From Dehalococcoidia bacterium (GTDB taxonomy: Bacteria; Chloroflexota; Dehalococcoidia; Lucifugimonadales; UBA826): a DNA stretch of 64,000 bases. The position numbers and the translations under genes are program-made. The DNA is taken from assembly GCA_045564655.1 (NCBI GenBank), contig JBJLGX010000022.1, positions 9,274 to 73,273 on the forward strand. The letters run 5' to 3'. Below are positions 46,157 through 54,843 of this stretch, piece by piece (position 1 is the first letter of the stretch; every line of letters starts with the position of its first letter). The notes beneath the pieces were generated by a model. It was not told the origin of the DNA. It was given only the letters and a program-made list of their open reading frames with translations, and did not search any database.

Positions 46157-47037
46157 AAATAAAAGAAATTTTATACGAGACTTCAAAACAATTAGAAAAA
46201 TTTGGTATTTTAGATTTTGATTTAGAGGCTGAAGTTCTGGTTAGATATATCCTCAAAATTGACAGGGAAACGATATTTCAAGACTTGAATAAGAACTTGC
46301 AAGAGATCCAAAAGAAATCAATATATGCAGTTACAGAAAAACGTTTAAAAGGATATCCTCTTTCATATATTACAGGGCAACGTGAATTTTATGGAATTGA
46401 AATAGGAGTCAAAGAGGGGGTTTTAATACCTAGGCAAGAAACAGAATTATTGATTGAAACAGCAATTAATATTGCTAATAATCTCGAAAATAAAAACTTA
46501 AAGATTGCCGATATCGGTACAGGTAGCGGGGCAATAGCTATAGCTATTGCAATTAATATACCAAATTCTTTAGTTTATGCTTCTGATATTAGTAAGGAAG
46601 CACTTTGTGTTGCAGATGAGAATGTAAAAAAATATTCGTTAGGGAATAGAATTTTATTAAATCAGGGTGATTTACTAGAAAATATATTAGATAAGGTAGA
46701 CATTATTTTATCCAATCCCCCCTATATTCCTACTGCTCAGTTATGTGATTTGTCACAAGAAGTTTTGGCTGAACCTAGAATTGCTTTAGATGGAGGCTCA
46801 AATGGACTTAAGGTTATTTCTAAGCTTTTTAAAGAAGCGGTTGATAAATTATCAGATTCAGGATTTATGATTATTGAAATTACCCCAGAGATATCAACTC
46901 AAGTAGCGTCTTTGGCAAAAAAATACTTTCCAAAAGCTAATATTTTGATTCTGAAAGACCTTATGCATAATAATCGTGCCGTTTTAATAAATAGATCTAT
47001 TGCTAATTTTGCTGAATATCACTCTAGGCCTAATTGA
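46153..47037 (+). CDS. prmC: Release factor glutamine N5-methyltransferase
   Basis: DIGTGSGAIAI and NPPY motifs. 4-nt overlap with prfA. Confidence 0.9.
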   Translation: MKIKEILYETSKQLEKFGILDFDLEAEVLVRYILKIDRETIFQDLNKNLQEIQKKSIYAVTEKRLKGYPLSYITGQREFYGIEIGVKEGVLIPRQETELLIETAINIANNLENKNLKIADIGTGSGAIAIAIAINIPNSLVYASDISKEALCVADENVKKYSLGNRILLNQGDLLENILDKVDIILSNPPYIPTAQLCDLSQEVLAEPRIALDGGSNGLKVISKLFKEAVDKLSDSGFMIIEITPEISTQVASLAKKYFPKANILILKDLMHNNRAVLINRSIANFAEYHSRPN

Positions 47038-48152
47038 TAATGTTTCCCCTCTGTTTTTATAGATGGGGCTACTACTATTTCAGCATTATGCATTTCTTTA
47101 ATATTCGTTGCTCCAACCATTCCCATACACGCCTTAAGAGCTCCTATGAGATTTTGTGTTCCATTTGATACTGAAGATGGACCATGGAATAGTTGCTTTA
47201 AAGTTCCCTTTGTTCCTACTTTTACTCTAGTTCCTCTAGGTAGTGCAGGGTGAGGGCTTGCCATACCCCAATTAACGCCGTTTGCGGGAGCTTCTTCTGA
47301 TTGTGCTAGTGGGGTGCCTATCATAACAGCATCTGCCCCACTTGCAATTGATTTGCAGAGTTCTCCACCTGTTCTTATTCCACCATCAGTTATGATGGGA
47401 ATATATTTTCCGGTCCGATTGTAGAATTCATCTCTTGCCTGTGCACAGTCCATAGTTGCAGTTACTTGAGGTACCCCTACACCGGTAACCTCCCTAGTTG
47501 TACAGGCAGCACCGGGACCAACTCCTACCAGAATTCCATGAATGCCAGTCTCCATTATTTCTAAGGCAACATCGTAACCTACACAGTTTCCTACCAATAT
47601 AGGTACATCCACTAATTCTAGTAGTTCAGGGAATTTTAATCCTTGTAAACTACGAGATGAGTGACGAGCCGTTGTAACTGTAGATTGAACTACTAGCATG
47701 TCAGCTCCAGCCTCAACTGCAATGGGGCCTAATTTTTTTGTAAGTGCAGGTGTAACTGAAACAGCACAATAAGCCCCAGTAGACTTTATTTCCCGTACTC
47801 TTTTTTCTATTAGCTCGTTATTTATAGGTTTTGAATAGATTTTTTGCATTGTTTTTGTAACATCGTTAGGAGAAGACGCAGAAATTTCGTCAATAGCATC
47901 TTGGGGGTTATCATATCTAGTCTGTACTCCCTCTAGGTTCATTACACTCATCGCGCCTTGTCTATGCATCTCACCGGCAAATTGAGGGCTTGCTACAGCA
48001 TCCATAGCTGAACCCAATATTGGAATATTGATAGTTACATCTCCTAGAGAAAATGAGGTGTCTGTCATGTCGGGGTTTATTGTCATAGCTCCAGGAACAA
48101 TCGCAACTTCATCAAATCCGTAAACTCTTCTTAATTCTCTAAAGTTAGTCAT
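47019..48152 (-). CDS. IMP dehydrogenase-related protein without CBS insert (GuaB3-like)
   Basis: FDEVAIVPG, the GVGPGAACTTR catalytic-loop analogue and DGGIRTGG. Confidence 0.8.
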   Translation of the reverse strand: MTNFRELRRVYGFDEVAIVPGAMTINPDMTDTSFSLGDVTINIPILGSAMDAVASPQFAGEMHRQGAMSVMNLEGVQTRYDNPQDAIDEISASSPNDVTKTMQKIYSKPINNELIEKRVREIKSTGAYCAVSVTPALTKKLGPIAVEAGADMLVVQSTVTTARHSSRSLQGLKFPELLELVDVPILVGNCVGYDVALEIMETGIHGILVGVGPGAACTTREVTGVGVPQVTATMDCAQARDEFYNRTGKYIPIITDGGIRTGGELCKSIASGADAVMIGTPLAQSEEAPANGVNWGMASPHPALPRGTRVKVGTKGTLKQLFHGPSSVSNGTQNLIGALKACMGMVGATNIKEMHNAEIVVAPSIKTEGKHYQLGLE

Positions 48153-48233
48153 ATAAGAACCTCCGAATGTGAAGCCATTTTAGTATCAATTTGATATCAA
48201 TATGTAATTCAAATCAAATATATTAGGTACTTG

Positions 48234-48262
48234 ATGATATGGATGTGCGTTTATAGTGTCAA
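48234..48262 (-). promoter_or_regulatory. Sigma-70-like promoter TTGACA-17-TATCAT for the guaB3-like gene
   Basis: Minus strand: TTGACA at 48262-48257, a 17-nt spacer, TATCAT at 48239-48234. Confidence 0.6.
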
Positions 48263-48339
48263 CAGTATGAATTGCTTTTTATTTAAGATTATTTTATCAA
48301 TCTAGCTGTAAATCGACTATTTTATATCTGGGTTACAGA

Positions 48340-49152
48340 CTAGATTATAAATACTTCAGAATTTACACTTTTTATTCCTGGGTACTTAGTACTTTTTGCA
48401 GCAATTTTATTTGCTATATTTCCCGAGTAAATTATTTTTTTTGTTTTATAAAATTCTAATGAAAAAACAGAAGCAAATATGTCGCCGGCCCCTATAGTGT
48501 TTATTGCTTGTGTAGGAAAAGGAGAAATATCAATAATTTTATCTTTAATATATATTTTGGCTCCATTTTTGCCCTGAGTAACCACTAATATTTTTGCTAA
48601 ATTCTTTAAATGTTCCATGGGTATTTTACTGTTTGATATTTCTTCTTCAGAAAAAAAAACGATATTGAAAAATGGTAAATTGCTTAACATTGAATAATCA
48701 AAACTGACATTTTTATTTTCCAATTTTCTTATCCAGCCTTGAGGCATTCCTACGAAAAAAGAGTTTTTATATTTATTCATTAATTCCTCAGTTTTTTTAA
48801 TAGAAAACTCATTTAAAACAGGTGCAATAAAAATCAAATCAGGAACCCTTTCCAAGTTGATGTTGGTTAGATCAATCAGATTGCTTGAAGAAATAACCAT
48901 CATTTTTCGATTATCAGAAGAAATAGAAAAATCAAACTTGTTAGTTTTATCACTTTTGATATTAATAACACGGCTAGTTTTAGGGAAGTTAGTATAAGAA
49001 AAATCTTTTCCGAAGCTTGTTACTGCCGTAATGTTGTGTTGCCCTAACTGGTATAAAGAATTAGTTATATACGTAACTGGCCCTCCAGGGCTAAAATAGT
49101 CACCATCAATGTAATCTACGGTTGGGTTGCCAATAATTAAAATATCAGTCAT
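48340..49152 (-). CDS. PfkB family carbohydrate/nucleoside kinase
   Basis: TIGAGDIFASVF (GAGD anion-hole motif) near the C-terminus. Confidence 0.75.
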   Translation of the reverse strand: MTDILIIGNPTVDYIDGDYFSPGGPVTYITNSLYQLGQHNITAVTSFGKDFSYTNFPKTSRVINIKSDKTNKFDFSISSDNRKMMVISSSNLIDLTNINLERVPDLIFIAPVLNEFSIKKTEELMNKYKNSFFVGMPQGWIRKLENKNVSFDYSMLSNLPFFNIVFFSEEEISNSKIPMEHLKNLAKILVVTQGKNGAKIYIKDKIIDISPFPTQAINTIGAGDIFASVFSLEFYKTKKIIYSGNIANKIAAKSTKYPGIKSVNSEVFII

Positions 49153-49293
49153 GTATTTGTTTGCTGAAACCTTATATATACATATTTTTATTTAAACAAA
49201 TTAATAAGTTCACTTGATTTTTAGGAGTTGGAACAATTCTTTTTGTAGTAAGTCTGAATTCTAAGCAATCAAATGATCATGTACGATTTATTG

Positions 49294-49322
49294 ATGATAT
49301 GGACGTGCTTATATGCTGTCAA
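49294..49322 (-). promoter_or_regulatory. Sigma-70-like promoter TTGACA-17-TATCAT for the PfkB kinase gene (near-copy of 48234-48262)
   Basis: Minus strand: TTGACA at 49322-49317, a 17-nt spacer, TATCAT at 49299-49294. Confidence 0.6.
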
Positions 49323-49370
49323 TAATATTATCCATTTCATTAAAATCACGTTAGAATCATAAAGATTATT

Positions 49371-50516
49371 ATGAATACTGAAATTGTAAAAAATTTAGCA
49401 AAAGATATAGGGTTTGATATCGTTAAGATAACAAATGCGGATTCATTTGTTGAAGATGAAAAAGCTGCATTAAAAAGATTTAATGATGGCCATATAAATG
49501 ATTATCCTTGGTACGATAAAGATAGGATAAAACTTATGAATAGACCTGCCTTGTTATTGGAAGGTGCTAAATCCGTCATATCCCTTGGGGCTAGTTATTT
49601 AAATCCCGATACATCTGATGATGAATCTGGTAAATTACGCGGTAAAATTGCAAAGTACGCTTTGGGCGATGATTATCATAAAGTCTTAAAGAAACGTCTT
49701 AAACTATTTTGTAGTCAGATATCGGGTCATGTAGGGAGAGAAGTTAAGACAAGGATATTTGTTGATGATGGACCAATGAATGATAGGGCAGCAGCTCGGA
49801 GATCAGGATTGGGTTGGGTAGGGAAAAACACTAATATCATTACGGAAAATTATGGATCTTGGGTATTGTTAGGTCAGGTAATTACAGATTTAGAGTTAAA
49901 TATTGATGAGCCGTTAAAGAAGAATTGCGGTAATTGTGTTCGGTGCATAGATGATTGCCCAACAGGCGCCATTGTAGCTCCATATGTTATAGATAATTCT
50001 AAATGTATTTCATATTTAACGATTGAACTTAAAGGGGTAATCCCTAGAGATATGAGACCACTACTAGGAGATTGGATTTTTGGATGTGATATCTGCCAAG
50101 ATATTTGCCCTGTAAACAGAAAGGCGGAATTTGGGACTACTAGAGAATTTGAAAAACGCCAAGGATTTGAATTCACAGAATTATTACCTGTTTTGGATAT
50201 GGACCAAGAGACATTTAGCAAAATTTATAAAAATAGCCCCATAAAGAGAGCTAAATTAAATGGTCTCAAAAGAAATGTATGTGTAGCTTTGGGTAATAGT
50301 GGTGATTCACGTGCTATTGAACCGCTATCTAAAATATTGAAAAATTCTGATTCAGTCCTGAAAATACACGCGGCTTGGGCTTTAGGGCGTATAGGAGGTA
50401 TGTCGGCATATCAAATACTTTTAGAAGAATTAGATAAAGACAACTCTATAGAAGTTAAAGATGAGATTGAAAACTCTTTAGCTGATTTACAGTCAGTAAG
50501 TGATAAGCATAATTAA
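49371..50516 (+). CDS. queG: Epoxyqueuosine reductase
   Basis: 4Fe-4S motifs CGNCVRCIDDCP and CDICQDICP, plus a C-terminal HEAT-like repeat. Confidence 0.9.
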   Translation: MNTEIVKNLAKDIGFDIVKITNADSFVEDEKAALKRFNDGHINDYPWYDKDRIKLMNRPALLLEGAKSVISLGASYLNPDTSDDESGKLRGKIAKYALGDDYHKVLKKRLKLFCSQISGHVGREVKTRIFVDDGPMNDRAAARRSGLGWVGKNTNIITENYGSWVLLGQVITDLELNIDEPLKKNCGNCVRCIDDCPTGAIVAPYVIDNSKCISYLTIELKGVIPRDMRPLLGDWIFGCDICQDICPVNRKAEFGTTREFEKRQGFEFTELLPVLDMDQETFSKIYKNSPIKRAKLNGLKRNVCVALGNSGDSRAIEPLSKILKNSDSVLKIHAAWALGRIGGMSAYQILLEELDKDNSIEVKDEIENSLADLQSVSDKHN

Positions 50517-50525
50517 GGGATTAGT

Positions 50526-51287
50526 GTGGCAGGCAAAATTTTTTTAATAAATGTTGGAAGTAATGCTAATCATTCTTTTTGCAGTCCCATATTTAATGAC
50601 AGGACATTCGAATTTATTCCAATACCCGAAGATATAGAAGTTTCATATCCTCATGGTATTAAATATAGGGATTTGAGATCTTATTACGATCCAGCAAGTA
50701 ATTTAGATTTATATATCCCAGAAAATTTACGAGATGTATCTATGCATAATGATCCGGAGTTTGACACTTTTACTTATGGTGATAATTGTGATGTAAATCC
50801 AAGAGCTTCTGCATTAAGAAAAGTTTCAAGGGGTGATTTTCTAATATTTATTTCTAGGTTACAAAATTGGGTCGAAGGTGCTCCAACTAATATTTTTGGT
50901 TTTTATTTAATAGGCTATATACATGTAGATCAGGTTGCCGAATCTATAGTTAGTAAGTTAGATAAAAGCCTTATGAAAAGATTTTCTGTTAATGCTCATG
51001 TGAGAGCAGCCATGTTTAATGAGAGTATGTGGAATTCATTTTGGCTTTTTTCGGGTTCTTCTTGGTCAAAAAGGTTTTTTAAAGCAGTTCCTGTGACAAA
51101 ATCTTTTTGTGATGATGTTTTTAGAAAATCAAATGGTGATAAGTGGGATTGGAAAGAAAATAGGACAGACCTGCAAGTTATTGGTTCATATACTAGGACT
51201 TGTAGACCTATTTTGAATTCTAATATTGAATCTGACCATAAGAGGATTAATATTTTGTGGGAATGGATATCAAAGTATTCAGAATGA
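50526..51287 (+). CDS. Hypothetical 253-aa protein coupled to queG
   Basis: GTG start 9 nt after the queG stop, with an AAGGGA RBS. N-terminus IFLINVGSNANHSFCSPIFNDRTFEFIPIPED. Confidence 0.6.
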   Translation: MAGKIFLINVGSNANHSFCSPIFNDRTFEFIPIPEDIEVSYPHGIKYRDLRSYYDPASNLDLYIPENLRDVSMHNDPEFDTFTYGDNCDVNPRASALRKVSRGDFLIFISRLQNWVEGAPTNIFGFYLIGYIHVDQVAESIVSKLDKSLMKRFSVNAHVRAAMFNESMWNSFWLFSGSSWSKRFFKAVPVTKSFCDDVFRKSNGDKWDWKENRTDLQVIGSYTRTCRPILNSNIESDHKRINILWEWISKYSE

Positions 51288-51320
51288 TAATGTTTAATAA
51301 ACATGATAAACTTCTTGCTA

Positions 51321-51420
51321 CGCCGGGGGAGCTTAGTTATCTAGGCTGAGAGGGTAGAAATACCGACTCCTTTTGATACCTATTTAGATAATGCTAAATA
51401 GGGAGTGCTAATCTTCTCCG
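51321..51420 (+). promoter_or_regulatory. TPP (THI-box) riboswitch
   Basis: GGGGAGC, then the hairpin agcttag-ttat-ctaggct, then CTGAGAGG...ACC...TTTGATACC, then tatttag-ATAATG-ctaaata, then GGGAG. CCGG (51323-51326) can pair with CCGG (51417-51420). Confidence 0.85.
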
Positions 51421-51451
51421 GTATTCATTAAATATAAGGTGGCATTATTAT

Positions 51452-52231
51452 TTGAATACCAATATTCCTGATAATTCATTGGATAGAGTATTTCTTAAAG
51501 ATGTTAATTATTCTTTGGACTCATTAGAAGTTCTTAGAAGTATTAATTTTTCCGTTAATTCTAGAGAAATAGTGTCTATTATCGGCCCTAGTGGATGTGG
51601 AAAAAGTTCGATTTTGAATTTAATTTCTGGGATTCAAAGTCCTAGCTCTGGTCATATTAAGGTTGAAGGTAAAAGTGATCAATCTGATCGACTGAATATG
51701 ATTTCATATATGCAACAAAAAGACCTATTGCTACCTTGGAGAACAGTTTTAAGTAATGTAATTTTAGGCCTTGAAATCCAAGGTGTTGCGAAAAAAGAAG
51801 CTAAGGAAATCGCAATGGCCCAAATGGAAAAATTTGGTCTTTTAGGTTTTGAAGATAAATATCCTTTTACATTATCTGGTGGAATGAGGCAAAGGGCTGC
51901 TTTCTTGCGGACTATTTTAATGGATAGGCCTGTTTTGTTATTAGATGAACCTTTCAGTTCATTAGACGCGTTAAATCGCATGCAAATGCAAGAATGGGTA
52001 ATTAAGTTGTTTGATAACGTGAACAAGACGGTTATTTTTGTTACCCATGATATAGATGAAGCTATTTTCTTGTCAGATAGAATCTATGTCATGTCTCCAT
52101 CTCCAGGGCAAATTGTTTCTGTTGAAGATATTAAATTGAAACGACCAAGATCTAGGGAAGTAATGTTAACTTCACACGTTTTAGATATGAAAAACCGTTT
52201 ATTAAATCAACTTTTGCAACCAGTAGTTTAG
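51452..52231 (+). CDS. ABC transporter ATPase (NitT/TauT-type)
   Basis: Walker A GPSGCGKSS, signature LSGGMRQR, Walker B LLLDEP. TTG start after AAGGTGG. Confidence 0.9.
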   Translation: MNTNIPDNSLDRVFLKDVNYSLDSLEVLRSINFSVNSREIVSIIGPSGCGKSSILNLISGIQSPSSGHIKVEGKSDQSDRLNMISYMQQKDLLLPWRTVLSNVILGLEIQGVAKKEAKEIAMAQMEKFGLLGFEDKYPFTLSGGMRQRAAFLRTILMDRPVLLLDEPFSSLDALNRMQMQEWVIKLFDNVNKTVIFVTHDIDEAIFLSDRIYVMSPSPGQIVSVEDIKLKRPRSREVMLTSHVLDMKNRLLNQLLQPVV

Positions 52232-52238
52232 GAGGGGT

Positions 52239-53012
52239 ATGAAAAACCAATTAACATGGGTCCCCCCAATATTTTTTATCATAGTACTTTTACTAATATG
52301 GGATATTTTAGTAAAAGTTAACGATGTTCCTTCATGGCTTTTACCTAGTCCTTCTGAAATATTCCAAGCTATGCTAGATAATGTTCGTATACTTACATCA
52401 CATACGATTACAACATTAACGGAAGTGTTATTAGGTTTTGCTATCGCTTTGCTTGTAGGATTATTGTTATCCTCCGCGATTACATTGTCTAATACTGTTG
52501 AAAAGTCATTTTATCCATTAATTATTGCTTCACAGACTATTCCTATAATTGTTATTGCACCAATGTTATTGGTTTGGGTTGGATATGGACTAATGCCAAA
52601 AATAATTGTCGTTGCGCTCATTAGTTTTTTCCCCATTGTTGTCAATACAGTTGATGGGATGAAATCTATCGATATGGATTTAGAGAGATTGTTTAAAACA
52701 ATGGGTGCTAATAAATGGGATATATTTAGAAAAATCAGGATTCCGAATTCATTACCATATATGTTTTCAGGGTTAAGAGTTGCAATATCTATTAGTGTTA
52801 TTGGGGCTGTAATTGGGGAATGGGTAGGTTCTAGTGAGGGATTAGGATATTTAATGATCAGATCAAAGCCACAATTTCAGACAGAACTTGTGTTTGCAGC
52901 AATATTTATTTTGTCTATTATGGGGATTATTTTATTTTTTGGAATTGGGTTGTTAGAAAAAATATGTATCCCTTGGAACAACTTTAGAAAGGGAGATAAC
53001 TTTGGTAAATAA
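52239..53012 (+). CDS. ABC transporter permease
   Basis: Six-TM BPD-type permease containing an EAA-like loop. Confidence 0.88.
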   Translation: MKNQLTWVPPIFFIIVLLLIWDILVKVNDVPSWLLPSPSEIFQAMLDNVRILTSHTITTLTEVLLGFAIALLVGLLLSSAITLSNTVEKSFYPLIIASQTIPIIVIAPMLLVWVGYGLMPKIIVVALISFFPIVVNTVDGMKSIDMDLERLFKTMGANKWDIFRKIRIPNSLPYMFSGLRVAISISVIGAVIGEWVGSSEGLGYLMIRSKPQFQTELVFAAIFILSIMGIILFFGIGLLEKICIPWNNFRKGDNFGK

Positions 53013-54000
53013 TTTGTATATGAAAAATTTAGCTTTTTTAGCTGTGTTTATACTTTTAAGTATTTTTGTTAGTGCATGTGACGAGCAAAATGATGGTAAA
53101 GATGTAACATTAGCACTAGACTGGTTCCCTAATGCTAATCACATAGGGTTATATATAGCAGAAGATAAAGGATACTTTAAAGAAGAAGGCTTGAATGTAG
53201 AAATACGTACTCCTTCAGATCCATCTACTATATTACAAACTGTTGCCTCAGGAACTGATGATTTTGGTATTAATTATCAACCTGATTTATTAATTGCACG
53301 AGACGCAGGGGTCCCTGTAGTTTCTATCCTTGGAATGGTACAACACCCATTGAATTCAATTATGACACTTAAATCTTCGGAGTATAAGTCTTTAAGTGAT
53401 TTGAAGAATAAGAAAATTGGATATCCTGGTATTCCGTGGAATGAAGATGCCCTTGATACGATGTTGAAAACGGATGGGCTTACAGGAATTGAGGATGTTG
53501 AATTAGTAAATGTTGGCTGGGAATTAGGTACATCATTGATGTCTGGAAAAGTGGATGCTGTTATTGGGGCATATTTTACCCATGAGAGTATTAGCTTAGA
53601 AAATGAAGGATACCCAGTAGATATTTTCAGAATGGAAAATTGGGGTGTCCCCGATTATTATGAACTTATTTTAGTTACTAGTGAGACTTATTTAGAAGAT
53701 AATTCTGAAACAGTTCAAAGTATTACAAGAGCTATTACAAAAGGGTATGAGGATGCTATTAGAGATCCTCAATCTGGCGCAGATATTTTAAAGAAATATT
53801 CTCCAGATATTGATGAGTCTATTGATAGGCCAGGTGCAGATCTTTTACAAAATCTTTGGGTAGACCCAGGTGTAAATTTTGGAAATCAGACATCAGAAAA
53901 ATGGAATAATTTTGGAAATTGGATGAAAGATAACAGTATTATTTCTGATAATTTAAACATTGATGAGGCTTATACAGAAGAATTTTTTCTGATTAAATGA
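53002..54000 (+). CDS. NMT1/THI5-like (ThiY-type) substrate-binding lipoprotein
   Basis: Signal sequence with VSAC lipobox. LALDWFPNANH is typical of NMT1/ThiY binding proteins. TTG start after AAGGGAGA. Confidence 0.8.
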   Translation: MVNNLYMKNLAFLAVFILLSIFVSACDEQNDGKDVTLALDWFPNANHIGLYIAEDKGYFKEEGLNVEIRTPSDPSTILQTVASGTDDFGINYQPDLLIARDAGVPVVSILGMVQHPLNSIMTLKSSEYKSLSDLKNKKIGYPGIPWNEDALDTMLKTDGLTGIEDVELVNVGWELGTSLMSGKVDAVIGAYFTHESISLENEGYPVDIFRMENWGVPDYYELILVTSETYLEDNSETVQSITRAITKGYEDAIRDPQSGADILKKYSPDIDESIDRPGADLLQNLWVDPGVNFGNQTSEKWNNFGNWMKDNSIISDNLNIDEAYTEEFFLIK

Positions 54001-54032
54001 AACTTATTTATAAAATAGAGGTATAAATATTT

Positions 54033-54842
54033 GTGACTTCTTTACCTAAAGCTATGACTATTGCTGGATCTGACTCTGGTGGGGGTGCTGGAATTCAAGC
54101 AGATTTAAAGACATTTTCTGCAAATGGAGTATATGGTTCATCTGTGATAACGGCTATTACAGCTCAAAATACTCTAGGAGTACACGATGTTTTGGAGTTA
54201 CCTGCTTCATTAATTGAATCTCAAATTAGAGTAGTTATGTCTGATATAGGGTGTGATGTTATAAAAACAGGGATGCTTTCAAGTTCTGTTATTGTGGAAA
54301 CAGTGGTTAAAACTCTAAAGGATTTTGAGTTTGAGAATATTGATATTGTTGTAGACCCTGTTATGAAAGCTAAAGGTGGAGCAAGCTTAATAAATGATGA
54401 AGCTATAGATACGGTAAAAAATATATTAATACCAATGGCTTCTGTTGTTACTCCTAATGTTCCAGAAGCAATTGAACTTACAAATATGAATATTGTTGAT
54501 GTGAACTCTGCAAAAAAAGCAGCGTTAGCAATAATAGATATGGGATCTAAAGCTGTTGTTATAAAGGGAGGTCACTTGGAAGGACAAGAATCTCAAGATC
54601 TTTATTATGATGGAAAAGATTTTGAGGTTTTTTCTTCAGAAAGAATTGATACACATAATACACATGGAACAGGGTGTACATTTGCTTCAGCAATTGCTGC
54701 AGGATTGGCTAAAGGATTTTCAATGTTAGAATCAGTCTCTGCGGCAAAAGAATATGTAACGCTGGCAATAAAAAACAATCATGATATTGGTGGTGGCCAC
54801 GGACCTGTGAACCATTTTTTTAAATATTGGGGAAAATCTTAG
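54033..54842 (+). CDS. thiD: Hydroxymethylpyrimidine/phosphomethylpyrimidine kinase
   Basis: AGSDSGGGAGIQADLKTF and GTGCTFASAIAA. Confidence 0.92.
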   Translation: MTSLPKAMTIAGSDSGGGAGIQADLKTFSANGVYGSSVITAITAQNTLGVHDVLELPASLIESQIRVVMSDIGCDVIKTGMLSSSVIVETVVKTLKDFEFENIDIVVDPVMKAKGGASLINDEAIDTVKNILIPMASVVTPNVPEAIELTNMNIVDVNSAKKAALAIIDMGSKAVVIKGGHLEGQESQDLYYDGKDFEVFSSERIDTHNTHGTGCTFASAIAAGLAKGFSMLESVSAAKEYVTLAIKNNHDIGGGHGPVNHFFKYWGKS

Positions 54843-54843
54843 A

